A stretch of 64,000 nucleotides of DNA, from the sequence record SRR31156797_6845. One strand, 5' to 3'. The notes under the pieces were generated by a model. The model made no database searches. It saw only the letters and a program-made list of their open reading frames with translations, and had not been told where the DNA came from. The position numbers and the translations under genes were made by a program. Below, one piece after another: positions 39,694-49,139 of this stretch. Numbering within the stretch: position 1 is the first letter of the stretch; each line of letters opens with the position of its first letter.

Positions 39694-41310
39694 ATGACCG
39701 AAGCACACACACCACTTTATCGCCCCAGCATTAAACTCTTTTTTATCCTTTTCCTCATAACGGGTTCGTTCCTCAGCGGCCTGCTCACTCTTTTCTATCA
39801 AAAAGAAACAGAGGAGTTCTTGTACCTCATTAAAAACCAGGAAGCATACAGTCTAGAGTTACAAAAACAAAGAATCGGCCATATTTTCACTGATATCAAG
39901 GCTGATATCTTCTTTCTTCGAGACCAAAACGAGCTCCAGCAATACCTTAAAACACCCACAAATGACATCCTCCTCTTGATGGGACAGGAGTATGTTTCTT
40001 TGGCAAAACGTACACGTTTGTATGACCAAATCAGGTATCTCGATGAACGGGGAATGGAAGTATTACGTGTCAACTACAATCAGGGAAAACCACTAATTGT
40101 CCCTGAAAGTCAGCTACAGTCCAAAGCAGAGAGATATTATTTTAAGGAATGTGTTTCACTTAAAGAAGACGAGTTTTTTGTATCTCCTTTCGACCTTAAC
40201 GTGGAACACGGCATTGTTGAGAGACCCTTGAAACCAATGATTCGAGTGTGTACCCCTGTATTTGACAACCATGCAGTAAAACGTGGTGTCCTCCTCTTAA
40301 ATTTTCTGGGTCAAGACATTATCTCAAACCTGCTTTCCTTGGAACAGTTATCAATTGGAAAAACTATGCTACTCAACGACCAGGGGTATTGGCTCAGGCA
40401 CCCTGATTCTGAACTTGAGTGGGGTTTTATGTTTAAGGAAAAAGCAAATGTTTCGTTCGCTGTCCAGTCTCAAGACATCTGGAACCAGATACACTCATCT
40501 GCCAAGGGGCAATTACATAGCCCAAAAGGTATTTATTCTTTTAGCATCGTATACCCGATGATGGATAAAAATGTCTCAAGTCATGGCATGGTGGGAACAG
40601 CAGGCACCAATGACCAGTATAAATGGTATCTATTATCGTTTCTTGCCCAAAAAGAAATCGAACAGAAATCCCAACTCATTCTTATGCATTTTTTCATGCT
40701 CGGTGCTGTCATTTTTATCCTGGCAGCCATCGCCTCATGGTTTATTGCGTATGCTATTACCAAAAGAAAAATTGCTCAAAATAGACTAAAAACATTGGCC
40801 TACTTTGACACATTGACTAACTTACCCAACAGGTGCCATTTCTTTAATCGCCTCGAGGAAGCGATTTCTTTTGGAAAGCGTTATAATAGTATGCTTGCAA
40901 TAATGTATATTGATCTGGACGGCTTTAAAAGTATCAATGATAGTCTGGGCCATGATGCTGGCGACATTCTGCTCCAGCACGTGGCTGACTGCTTGCAAAA
41001 GACATGCAGAAAATCTGATACAGTATCAAGACTCGGTGGTGATGAATTTGCCATTCTTATCCCGAAAGTCACTGACCAGAATGACATTGCGACTATTGCC
41101 GAAAAAATTACAGATATCCTCTCTCAGCCAGTCATCATTAATAAAGAACAGGCTCAGGTGGGAGCAAGTATAGGGATAGCTCTTTTTCCAACAAACGGTG
41201 ACAAGGTAGATCAATTAATCAAAAATGCTGATTCAGCCATGTATCTCGCAAAAAGCCTGGGAAAAAACCGGTATCTATTCTTCGGCCATACTCAGCCAAT
41301 AAAGAGCTAA
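39694..41310 (+). CDS. Cache-sensor diguanylate cyclase
   Basis: TM-Cache-TM; DTLTNLPNR, DLDGFK.IND..GH, RLGGDEF, RKSD upstream (I-site). Confidence 0.92.
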   Translation: MTEAHTPLYRPSIKLFFILFLITGSFLSGLLTLFYQKETEEFLYLIKNQEAYSLELQKQRIGHIFTDIKADIFFLRDQNELQQYLKTPTNDILLLMGQEYVSLAKRTRLYDQIRYLDERGMEVLRVNYNQGKPLIVPESQLQSKAERYYFKECVSLKEDEFFVSPFDLNVEHGIVERPLKPMIRVCTPVFDNHAVKRGVLLLNFLGQDIISNLLSLEQLSIGKTMLLNDQGYWLRHPDSELEWGFMFKEKANVSFAVQSQDIWNQIHSSAKGQLHSPKGIYSFSIVYPMMDKNVSSHGMVGTAGTNDQYKWYLLSFLAQKEIEQKSQLILMHFFMLGAVIFILAAIASWFIAYAITKRKIAQNRLKTLAYFDTLTNLPNRCHFFNRLEEAISFGKRYNSMLAIMYIDLDGFKSINDSLGHDAGDILLQHVADCLQKTCRKSDTVSRLGGDEFAILIPKVTDQNDIATIAEKITDILSQPVIINKEQAQVGASIGIALFPTNGDKVDQLIKNADSAMYLAKSLGKNRYLFFGHTQPIKS

Positions 41311-41371
41311 TCAGAATTAACTGGCCATCGAGGATTATTCTTTAAAATCTCCCGTGGCCTGTTACCATCAT

Positions 41372-42034
41372 TCACCTTTTACGGAGACGCTCCAAGTCAA
41401 GTAGGTGGATGGTCTTTCCTGTAACCTGAATTAACCCTTCATCTGTCATTTTAGCAAAAATTCGAGATAAGGTTTCCGGAGTTGTTCCCAAGAGGCTTGC
41501 CAACTGACCTTTTGGAACATCGAGAACCACCAAGTCGTCCCTGCTTTGCTCTTCTATAAGATAGAGAAGATAAGAGGCAAGACGACCCGGAACTTCTTTT
41601 AGAGTCAGATTTTCAACTTGGGTTGTAAATCTTCGCAACCGCATAGACAAGACTGCTAACATGCTTAAAGCCAGCGATGGGTTAGCTGTCAGTAAATCAA
41701 CGAATTCCAATCTTGGGAAAAAAAAGAGCTCTGAAGCTGCCAAAGTAGAGGCTGACGCTGGAAATGGGCTGCCATGAAACACAGGCACCTCACCAAAAGG
41801 CTCGCCAACTCCAAATATATGCAGAATCTGCTCTTTGCCATCCATGGATAATTTGAAAACTTTCACCTTCCCACTAGCTACCATATAAAAACCGTTTCCA
41901 GGCTCGCCGTCATGAAAAATAGTCTGCCCACGTTGATATTTTTTGGCAACGGAGATGCTGCAAAGAGCATCGAGTTGTTCGTCAGATAGGCCATTAAAAA
42001 GCAGGCTTTTTTTAAGAATTTCTTTTTTTTTCAC
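41372..42034 (-). CDS. hcpR: Crp/Fnr-family regulator, HcpR-like
   Basis: cNMP-binding fold (GEPFGE) and HTH LGTTPETLSR; divergent from hcp. Confidence 0.82.
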   Translation of the reverse strand: MKKKEILKKSLLFNGLSDEQLDALCSISVAKKYQRGQTIFHDGEPGNGFYMVASGKVKVFKLSMDGKEQILHIFGVGEPFGEVPVFHGSPFPASASTLAASELFFFPRLEFVDLLTANPSLALSMLAVLSMRLRRFTTQVENLTLKEVPGRLASYLLYLIEEQSRDDLVVLDVPKGQLASLLGTTPETLSRIFAKMTDEGLIQVTGKTIHLLDLERLRKR

Positions 42035-42057
42035 TTTTTTTTATAAAAAATTGTTTT

Positions 42058-42071
42058 TTGACCTAGATCAA
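42058..42071. promoter_or_regulatory. Crp/Fnr-type (HcpR) operator
   Basis: TTGA-CCTAGA-TCAA, 21 nt before a -10 TATGAT (42093-42098), the class II activation position. Confidence 0.78.
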
Positions 42072-42153
42072 TGGAAGAAACACCCTTAGGTGTATGATGT
42101 GTATATCAAGGACAGCACGCAACCTACAATAACTCACTTGAGGAAAAACTACC

Positions 42154-43785
42154 ATGTTCTGTAATCAATGCGAACAAACGGCAAAAGGAACTGGCTGTAA
42201 TATCGCTGGTGTATGCGGAAAAAATGAAGAAGTAGCAGATCTTCAAGATCTGCTTATCCACGCTTTACAGGGATTGTCTCTTTATGCAAACGAAGCGCGG
42301 CAGAACGGTATCATTGATGAGCCAACTGACCTGTTTACCTATGAGGCCATCTTCTCCACCCTTACTAATGTTGATTTTGATCCAGATCGTTTTTTTAAAC
42401 TGATTAATAAAACCATTGAATATCGAGAATCCATGAAGGCCAAAGTTGCAGCAGCTGGCGGAAAAACTGATTTTTCCGAAGCACCCGCAACGTTCCTACC
42501 TGCTGATACTGTAGCGGCGATGGCTGATCAGGGGAAAGCATTAAACTTGATAGAAGACCTTGATAGTGATGAAAACATTCGTTCTTTGAAACAAACTCTG
42601 CTTTACGGCTTAAAAGGTATCGCCGCTTATGCAGACCATGCTGCTATTTTGGGTCAGAAGGATCCTGCTGTTGCTGGATTTTGTTACGAAGCTTTATGTG
42701 CACTTCTGGCTGAAGGGCTGACAGTGGAGCAATGTGTACCGGTTGCAATGAAGGCTGGAGAAATTAACCTTCGGGCAATGGAACTTCTTGATGCTGCCAA
42801 CACAGGGAATTACGGACATCCTGAACCCACCCAGGTACCACTTGGCCATCGCAAAAATAAATGCATTCTCATTACCGGTCACGACCTCCATGATCTTGAA
42901 CTTTTGCTCAAGCAGACCGAAGGTAAGGGTATTGATATCTACACCCATGGTGAAATGCTTCCCTGCCACGGTTATCCTGAACTGAAAAAGTACGACCATT
43001 TTTATGGCCATTTTGGAACTGCCTGGCAGAACCAACACAAAGAATTCCCGAATTTCCCAGGACCAATTCTTTTTACCACTAACTGTATTCAAAAGCCCAA
43101 GGATGACTACAAAGACCGCATCTTCACCAACGGTCTTGTAGGCTGGCCAGGAGTCAAGCACATTGAAGACAAGGATTACAGCGCGGTAATTGAGATGGCC
43201 CAAAACATGGACGGCTTTACCGAGGACGCAGAGCAAGGCTCTGTCATGGTTGGTTTTGCACGCAATGCAGTGCTTGGCGTTGCTGATACGGTTATCGAAG
43301 CTGTTAAATCAAAGGCTATCAGGCATTTCTTTCTTGTCGGCGGCTGCGACGGGGCAAAACCTGGCCGGGATTATTTCACCAAATTTGTAGAACAGGTACC
43401 AGACGACTGCATGGTTCTTACTTTGGCATGCGGAAAGTTCCGTTTCTTTGATAAAGATCTGGGAGCCATAGGAGGAATTCCTCGATTATTGGATGTTGGC
43501 CAGTGCAATGATGCTTATTCAGCCATTCAGATTGCAGTTGCCCTCGCAGGTGCTTTTGAATGCGAAGTCAATGACCTACCTCTGTCCATGGTTATCTCCT
43601 GGTATGAACAAAAGGCTGTGGCGATTCTGCTCACCTTACTCTACCTTGGGATCAAAGATATCCGTCTTGGACCATCCCTTCCTGCTTTTATTTCTCCAGC
43701 TGTATTGCAATTTCTGGTTGATACATTTGACATCAAACCAGTTGCAGAAACACCGGAAGAAGATCTAAAGGCTATACTCGGCTAG
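42154..43785 (+). CDS. hcp: Hybrid cluster protein
   Basis: MFCNQCEQT..GC...GVCGK, TGHDL, THGEMLP, TTNC, GGCDG, LACGK, GQCND, SWYEQKA. Confidence 0.98.
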   Translation: MFCNQCEQTAKGTGCNIAGVCGKNEEVADLQDLLIHALQGLSLYANEARQNGIIDEPTDLFTYEAIFSTLTNVDFDPDRFFKLINKTIEYRESMKAKVAAAGGKTDFSEAPATFLPADTVAAMADQGKALNLIEDLDSDENIRSLKQTLLYGLKGIAAYADHAAILGQKDPAVAGFCYEALCALLAEGLTVEQCVPVAMKAGEINLRAMELLDAANTGNYGHPEPTQVPLGHRKNKCILITGHDLHDLELLLKQTEGKGIDIYTHGEMLPCHGYPELKKYDHFYGHFGTAWQNQHKEFPNFPGPILFTTNCIQKPKDDYKDRIFTNGLVGWPGVKHIEDKDYSAVIEMAQNMDGFTEDAEQGSVMVGFARNAVLGVADTVIEAVKSKAIRHFFLVGGCDGAKPGRDYFTKFVEQVPDDCMVLTLACGKFRFFDKDLGAIGGIPRLLDVGQCNDAYSAIQIAVALAGAFECEVNDLPLSMVISWYEQKAVAILLTLLYLGIKDIRLGPSLPAFISPAVLQFLVDTFDIKPVAETPEEDLKAILG

Positions 43786-43810
43786 CAGTTTTTTTTTAAG
43801 TAACAAGATA

Positions 43811-43841
43811 CCTTCCTGTCGGATTTTCCACGACAGGAAGG
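43811..43841. other. Perfect 11-bp intra-operon hairpin without U-tract
   Basis: CCTTCCTGTCG-N9-CGACAGGAAGG immediately after hcp. Confidence 0.6.
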
Positions 43842-43855
43842 CCCCCCAAACGAAC

Positions 43856-44491
43856 ATGACAACACAAAACCATAAGACTTATATTGTTATGCCCAATATT
43901 GACGCAGGCATGCTTTCCCAACAAGATCTTGAAAAAATAACCGAACTGGTCAGCAGGTATAATATACCCAGGGTAAAAATTACGGGCGCTCAACGGGTAG
44001 CCTTTCTCGGGATGGAACCAGACCAGGTTGAAAGCCTGCAAAGAGAACTGCACATACCGGAAGAACCGCCCCACAAGAACGGACGTCTCCATTATATCCA
44101 AGCCTGCCCTGGAAATGCATGGTGCAAATATGGGGTCGCAGACACCCTTGGCATGCACAACAGATTAAAAGACATCGAACTTAAAACGTCTCTACCCAGC
44201 AAAGTAAAGGTTGGTATTTCTGGATGCAGAATGTGCTGCTGTGAATCCTGGATCCGAGATGTTGGTTTAGTTGCAGAAAAGAACGGCTGGCGATTCATCT
44301 TTGGCGGTAATGGAGGAGGTAGGCCAAGAATAGGTGACATTGTTGCTGACCGACTTTCAGACGATGAGGCCATAACTCTTATTGAAAAAACAGTACACTA
44401 CTACAGTACGACCGCAAAATTTAAAACACGCAGCGCCCGGTTTATGGAACGAATTGGAATAGACGCTTTGCAAAAGGCCGTCCTTTCCTAA
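43856..44491 (+). CDS. Small siroheme/[4Fe-4S] nitrite/sulfite reductase (alSiR-like)
   Basis: KITGAQR, ACPGNAWC and KVGISGCRMCC (Cx5C...Cx3C ligands), GGNGG.RPRIG. Confidence 0.85.
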   Translation: MTTQNHKTYIVMPNIDAGMLSQQDLEKITELVSRYNIPRVKITGAQRVAFLGMEPDQVESLQRELHIPEEPPHKNGRLHYIQACPGNAWCKYGVADTLGMHNRLKDIELKTSLPSKVKVGISGCRMCCCESWIRDVGLVAEKNGWRFIFGGNGGGRPRIGDIVADRLSDDEAITLIEKTVHYYSTTAKFKTRSARFMERIGIDALQKAVLS

Positions 44492-44544
44492 CTTTATACG
44501 TACACCCCTTAGCCGATAAAAAATCACGATTGAGAATAAATAAC

Positions 44545-45288
44545 ATGAAAAATATGCGAAAAATTATAGAAATTGATGAAGAATTGTGTGACGGCTGTGG
44601 ACAATGTGTTCCTGACTGTGCAGAAGGTTCTTTGCAGATCATAGACGGAAAGGCCCGCCTGGTTGCCGATAAACTCTGCGATGGCCTTGGCGCGTGCCTT
44701 GGCTCCTGCCCCACCGGTGCTCTTCGCATTATAGAAAGGGAAGCCGACGAGTTTGATGAAGAAGCTGTGGAAGAATACCTGGCCAGTATGAAAAAGGGGA
44801 ATTCAAAACAACCTCAGCAAGCTCCAAGTGGGTGTCCATCTGCACAACTACAAAACCTGCAGCCTGCTTCTCCTTGTCAAAGCGCAAATACACCAAGTAC
44901 TCAAACCGGATCAGCACTTTCCCACTGGCCAGTACAAATTCGTCTTATTCCAGCGACTGCTCCCTTTCTGCAAAACAGTGATCTGCTGGTTGCAGCAGAC
45001 TGCACAGCGGTTTCCTATCCCAATATCCAGCAGGATTATATAGCAGGAAAAGTGGTCATGATGGGCTGTCCGAAATTCGATGACCAGCAGCTCTATATAC
45101 AGCGGTTCACCGAAATATTTGAGACTGCTCATCTGAAATCGCTGACAATTCTCATCATGGAAGTACCTTGCTGCGGTTCCATGACACAGATCATTAAAAA
45201 GGCTTATGATACTGTTAAACCTGATCTCCCTGTAAAACAGGTCGTGATTTCTACACGCGGAACAGTATTAGAAGAATGTGATTGGTAA
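44545..45288 (+). CDS. 2x[4Fe-4S] ferredoxin-domain protein (FrdX-like)
   Basis: CDGCGQCVPDC, CDGLGACLGSCP, HWPVQ, GCPKFD, MEVPCC. Confidence 0.85.
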   Translation: MKNMRKIIEIDEELCDGCGQCVPDCAEGSLQIIDGKARLVADKLCDGLGACLGSCPTGALRIIEREADEFDEEAVEEYLASMKKGNSKQPQQAPSGCPSAQLQNLQPASPCQSANTPSTQTGSALSHWPVQIRLIPATAPFLQNSDLLVAADCTAVSYPNIQQDYIAGKVVMMGCPKFDDQQLYIQRFTEIFETAHLKSLTILIMEVPCCGSMTQIIKKAYDTVKPDLPVKQVVISTRGTVLEECDW

Positions 45289-45296
45289 TTACTCGT

Positions 45297-45331
45297 ATGC
45301 TCCAAATGTTTGAAATCTTTGGAGCATTTTT
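45297..45331 (+). terminator. Intrinsic terminator of the hcp operon
   Basis: ATGCTCCAAA-N11-TTTGGAGCAT followed by TTTT. Confidence 0.7.
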
Positions 45332-45483
45332 GACTAAATCCAAGGTATTCATCTAACTACACAAACTCTTTTGCACATCAATGACCGAAGTGACAGCACT
45401 TGCTTGATACCTGGTAATCCGTTATCATCAGTGGTGAAATCTAGTTTTACTATTCATTTATTTTTTGGACAAAGTACACACCC

Positions 45484-45990
45484 ATGAAAACGAACCTAAC
45501 CTTAATAGGGATGCCAGGAGCCGGCAAAAGTACCGTAGGCATAATCCTTGCCAAGAACCTTTCCATGGGATTTATTGACACCGATGTTCTCATCCAAATC
45601 AATCAACAGAGGTCCCTGCAGGAAATCATCGATGCCAGCGACTACTTGAACCTTCGACGCATTGAAGAAAATGAAATATGCAAACTTAATGTCAGCAACC
45701 ACGTGATTGCCACCGGAGGCAGTGCCGCCTACAGTGAAAAAGCAATGCGCCACCTGCAGACCATATCTACCCTAGTTTTTCTCCATGTGGATTATGAAGA
45801 AATAACACGGCGTATTAAAAACTTCGAAACACGTGGCATTGCAAAGGCAGACAATCAGAGCTTTCGCGAACTTTTCGCCGAACGTCAAATTCTATACCGC
45901 AAATATGCTGACACTATCATCACCTGTTCCTCCCTGGACCAAGAAGAAGTCTCAGAACAAATTGCTGCAACCTTTCGCAGCCAGCACTAA
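45484..45990 (+). CDS. Shikimate-kinase-fold kinase (possible homoserine kinase)
   Basis: LIGMPGAGKST and DTD are present, but TGGSAAY and RGIA replace TGGG and RPLL. Confidence 0.8.
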   Translation: MKTNLTLIGMPGAGKSTVGIILAKNLSMGFIDTDVLIQINQQRSLQEIIDASDYLNLRRIEENEICKLNVSNHVIATGGSAAYSEKAMRHLQTISTLVFLHVDYEEITRRIKNFETRGIAKADNQSFRELFAERQILYRKYADTIITCSSLDQEEVSEQIAATFRSQH

Positions 45991-46198
45991 AGGTTGCAGC
46001 TTTTATAGGTATCACTGTTGTTAAGCACCAAATAACAAGCTACCGCATACCATAGCCTTTCAAATCTCCCTTAAATATATAAAGCGACTACAACTCAACC
46101 TTATTATAATATGCCGTTTATATTGACGTGCTGACTTGCTGAATATTCAGTTTTTTTATGCACGTTTTTCTTAATACTCCCTTGCAGAGACAATACAG

Positions 46199-47587
46199 AT
46201 GATCAGCGAGCAGGTGCACACAGCACTGCAAAATATAGTCGGTAAAGGCAATGTTCACATCGAAACTGTGGATTTAATCACCCATAGTTACGACGCCACT
46301 CAAAAAGAGTATCGCCCCGATGCTGTTGTGTATGCAATGACAACCATAGAGGTCAGTGAAGTTGTCAAACTCGCTAACCAACACTCCATTCCCATAATCC
46401 CGCGGGGTGCTGGCAGCGGCTTTACAGGTGGCACACTTGCCATTCAGGGCGGTATAGTCTTAGTCTTGACCAAAATGGACCGCATCCTGACCATTGATGA
46501 AGAAAATCTCACCGCCACAGTTGAACCAGGGGTTGTGACCGCCCATCTGCAAAAGGAAGTAGAACAACTCGGCCTCTTTTACCCACCAGATCCTGCATCA
46601 AAGGAATTTTGTACCCTTGGCGGTAATGTGGCAGAATGCGCTGGTGGCCCGAGGTGCGTAAAATACGGAGTTACTAAAGACTATATCTTAGGTCTGGAAG
46701 TTGTTACCCCCACCGGCGATATTATTCATACTGGTGGGGCAACGATGAAGAATGTGGTTGGTTATGATCTCACCAGGCTCTTTGTCGGCTCAGAGGGGAC
46801 ACTGGGAATCATAACCAAAATTATCATACGGCTCTTACCCAAACCTGCTGCAAAAAAGACCATGCTTGTCCAATTTGCATCCATAGAAGGTGCAGCGCAG
46901 GCTGTTTCTGCAGTAATCCGCGGCAAGATCATCCCAACCACCCTGGAATTCCTTGATGCAACGACCCTGGCCTGCATCCGTCATAACAGTGCACTCAATA
47001 TACCTGAAAAGTGTAGAGCCCTGTTAATTATTGAAGTGGATGGAGATCCGGATATCCTTGAGCGACAAGCTGCAACCATCATCAAACTGGTCAATGGCCT
47101 TGATGTACTCCACACTGAAATTGCAGAAACAGAAGAGCAATCTGAGGCCATCTGGAGCGTTCGCCGTAGTGTCAGTCCTAACATGCGAAAAATAAACCCT
47201 GACAAATTCAATGAGGATATAGTCGTTCCACGTTCCAAAGTACCAGACATGATACGTGCCCTTGAAAAACTCTCAAACAAATATAATGTCCCGATTGTCA
47301 ATTTCGGTCATGCAGGTGACGGAAATATTCATGTTAATGTGATGGTTGATCTCAAACAGCCGGATATGGCAGAGACTGTGCAACAGGTACTGCAGGAGAT
47401 TTTCCAGACAACCGTTGACATGAACGGTTCCATCAGCGGCGAACATGGAATCGGAACCGCAAAAGCAGCCTATTTGCCCCTGGAAATAGACAGCGCTACC
47501 AGAAAATACATGCAGACCATAAAAAAATCGCTGGATCCACTTAATATTCTTAATCCAGGTAAGATTTTCCTTGAACCCGCATCATGA
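46199..47587 (+). CDS. glcD: FAD-linked 2-hydroxyacid dehydrogenase, GlcD-like
   Basis: PRGAGSG, YPPDPAS, GSEGTLG, FGHAGDGNIH, SGEHGIG, LNPGK. Confidence 0.9.
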   Translation: MISEQVHTALQNIVGKGNVHIETVDLITHSYDATQKEYRPDAVVYAMTTIEVSEVVKLANQHSIPIIPRGAGSGFTGGTLAIQGGIVLVLTKMDRILTIDEENLTATVEPGVVTAHLQKEVEQLGLFYPPDPASKEFCTLGGNVAECAGGPRCVKYGVTKDYILGLEVVTPTGDIIHTGGATMKNVVGYDLTRLFVGSEGTLGIITKIIIRLLPKPAAKKTMLVQFASIEGAAQAVSAVIRGKIIPTTLEFLDATTLACIRHNSALNIPEKCRALLIIEVDGDPDILERQAATIIKLVNGLDVLHTEIAETEEQSEAIWSVRRSVSPNMRKINPDKFNEDIVVPRSKVPDMIRALEKLSNKYNVPIVNFGHAGDGNIHVNVMVDLKQPDMAETVQQVLQEIFQTTVDMNGSISGEHGIGTAKAAYLPLEIDSATRKYMQTIKKSLDPLNILNPGKIFLEPAS

Positions 47588-47615
47588 TAACACTCACGAC
47601 CTCACTGATCACGGT

Positions 47616-48887
47616 ATGACTGATTATAATCAACTTACCCCTTATAAGGATGCCATCAATCAATGTGTTCGCTGCGGTGCGTGTCAGGCACATTGTCCTG
47701 TTTACGATCAGGCACGTCATGAAGGGAGTGTTGCCAGGGGTAAACTCGCCCTGGCAAAAGCGCTGCTTGAAGGTGACGTAACCATTGATTCGCGCCTGGA
47801 AGAGGATGCCAGCCTTTGCCTTATGTGCGGTTCATGTGTAGTCAAGTGTCCTAACAAAGTCCCGACCGACAAAATCGTCGGTGCCATGCGGCGTGAAATA
47901 ACCAACAGAAAAGGATTATCATTCACCGGTAAAACAGTAGCCGCACTGACCGGACACCCCCCGTTGTTAAGGACATTGGTGAAAACGGTAGATGTTTTGT
48001 CCCCGGCACTTTTTAAAAAAGTTCCTCAAACAAGCGGGCTGCGGCTCAGGTTTCCGGTAAGCGGCCACAAGCAGCGTACTGTTCCTGCAGTCGCTCCAAG
48101 CAATCTTTTTGCAGAACTTCCAGAATTTATAAAAGGTCGCTCCGACAAACCCATTATTGGTCTTTTTGCAGGATGTGCCATAACCTACATTTATCCCCAA
48201 ATTGGGGTCGCAATGGCATCTCTGCTCAACCATTTAGGGTACTCAGTATTTATACCACGTAAGCAGGGCTGCTGTGGAATTCCAGCCCGCTCAACCGGGG
48301 ACACGAAACTGATAGAGCAATTGACCCATACCAATCAGGAAGCCTTTGCTGCCCATGAAGTAGCCTATATTATAACCGGATGCGCCTCCTGTCACTCTGG
48401 TATTAGCGAAAGAGAACCCAACAGTAGTGAAGATGCAGCTGATTTTGCAGGTAAGGTCATGGATATTCATCAATTTCTTTACCAGGAAGGCCTTACCGAT
48501 ACTTTAGAAGCATTGCCAAAAACAAATGAACGTGTTCGCGTAACCTATCACGACCCATGTCACCTCAAGACTAAAGGCATTGTTAAAGAGCCCCGTGCCC
48601 TTCTCAAGTCACTTCCCAATGTAACCTTTGTGGAGATGGAAAACAGTGATCTCTGCTGCGGCCTTGGCGGAAGCTTTTCAGCACACCATTACGAATACAG
48701 CAAGGCTATCGGCCAACGGAAAGTCGCCGGTATCAAGGAAAGCAAGGCAGAGTTTTTGACAACCTCCTGCCCAGGCTGCATGCTGCAGTTGCAGGATACC
48801 ATTAATCACGCCATGCTCAATGTACAGACCGTCCATATCCTTGAACTCATTAACAGCGCAATGGCAGTGGACCAGAAAAATAAATAA
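47616..48887 (+). CDS. glcF: Fe-S/CCG subunit, GlcF-like
   Basis: CVRCGACQAHCP, CLMCGSC..KCP, CCG, YHDPCHL, CCGLGG, CPGC. Confidence 0.88.
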   Translation: MTDYNQLTPYKDAINQCVRCGACQAHCPVYDQARHEGSVARGKLALAKALLEGDVTIDSRLEEDASLCLMCGSCVVKCPNKVPTDKIVGAMRREITNRKGLSFTGKTVAALTGHPPLLRTLVKTVDVLSPALFKKVPQTSGLRLRFPVSGHKQRTVPAVAPSNLFAELPEFIKGRSDKPIIGLFAGCAITYIYPQIGVAMASLLNHLGYSVFIPRKQGCCGIPARSTGDTKLIEQLTHTNQEAFAAHEVAYIITGCASCHSGISEREPNSSEDAADFAGKVMDIHQFLYQEGLTDTLEALPKTNERVRVTYHDPCHLKTKGIVKEPRALLKSLPNVTFVEMENSDLCCGLGGSFSAHHYEYSKAIGQRKVAGIKESKAEFLTTSCPGCMLQLQDTINHAMLNVQTVHILELINSAMAVDQKNK

Positions 48888-49139
48888 CATGAAGAAAAAA
48901 CGAAAACGTAATCACATGGCCATAGGGCAACTTTACGGTAAAAGCCTGTCTCGTTGACTTTGATGTTCTCCTACCTGCTGCCTATTGTGCTCAAACAAAT
49001 AATTGCGATTTTTACCTGGATCAACTAAACAACATGCTCCGTTGTGGAAAATGATATTTTTTATTATTTCCACAACTGATCGTGCAAGACCATGTATACC
49101 TCTTAAGTGTGCATGATATGCTTCCCTTGAAAATGGAAA

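Noticed and set aside
44512-44519. Sigma28 -10 box GCCGATAA inside the hcp operon
   Set aside because: No properly spaced TAAA -35 element; likely chance.
45330-45343. Weak HcpR-like site TTGACTAAATCCAA
   Set aside because: It has a half-site mismatch, overlaps the terminator tail and has no convincing -10 at the matching distance.
49041-49076. Rex-like palindrome GTTGTGGAAA-N16-TTTCCACAAC upstream of resB
   Set aside because: The inverted repeat is real, but the half-site spacing is far longer than a Rex operator; no function can be assigned.
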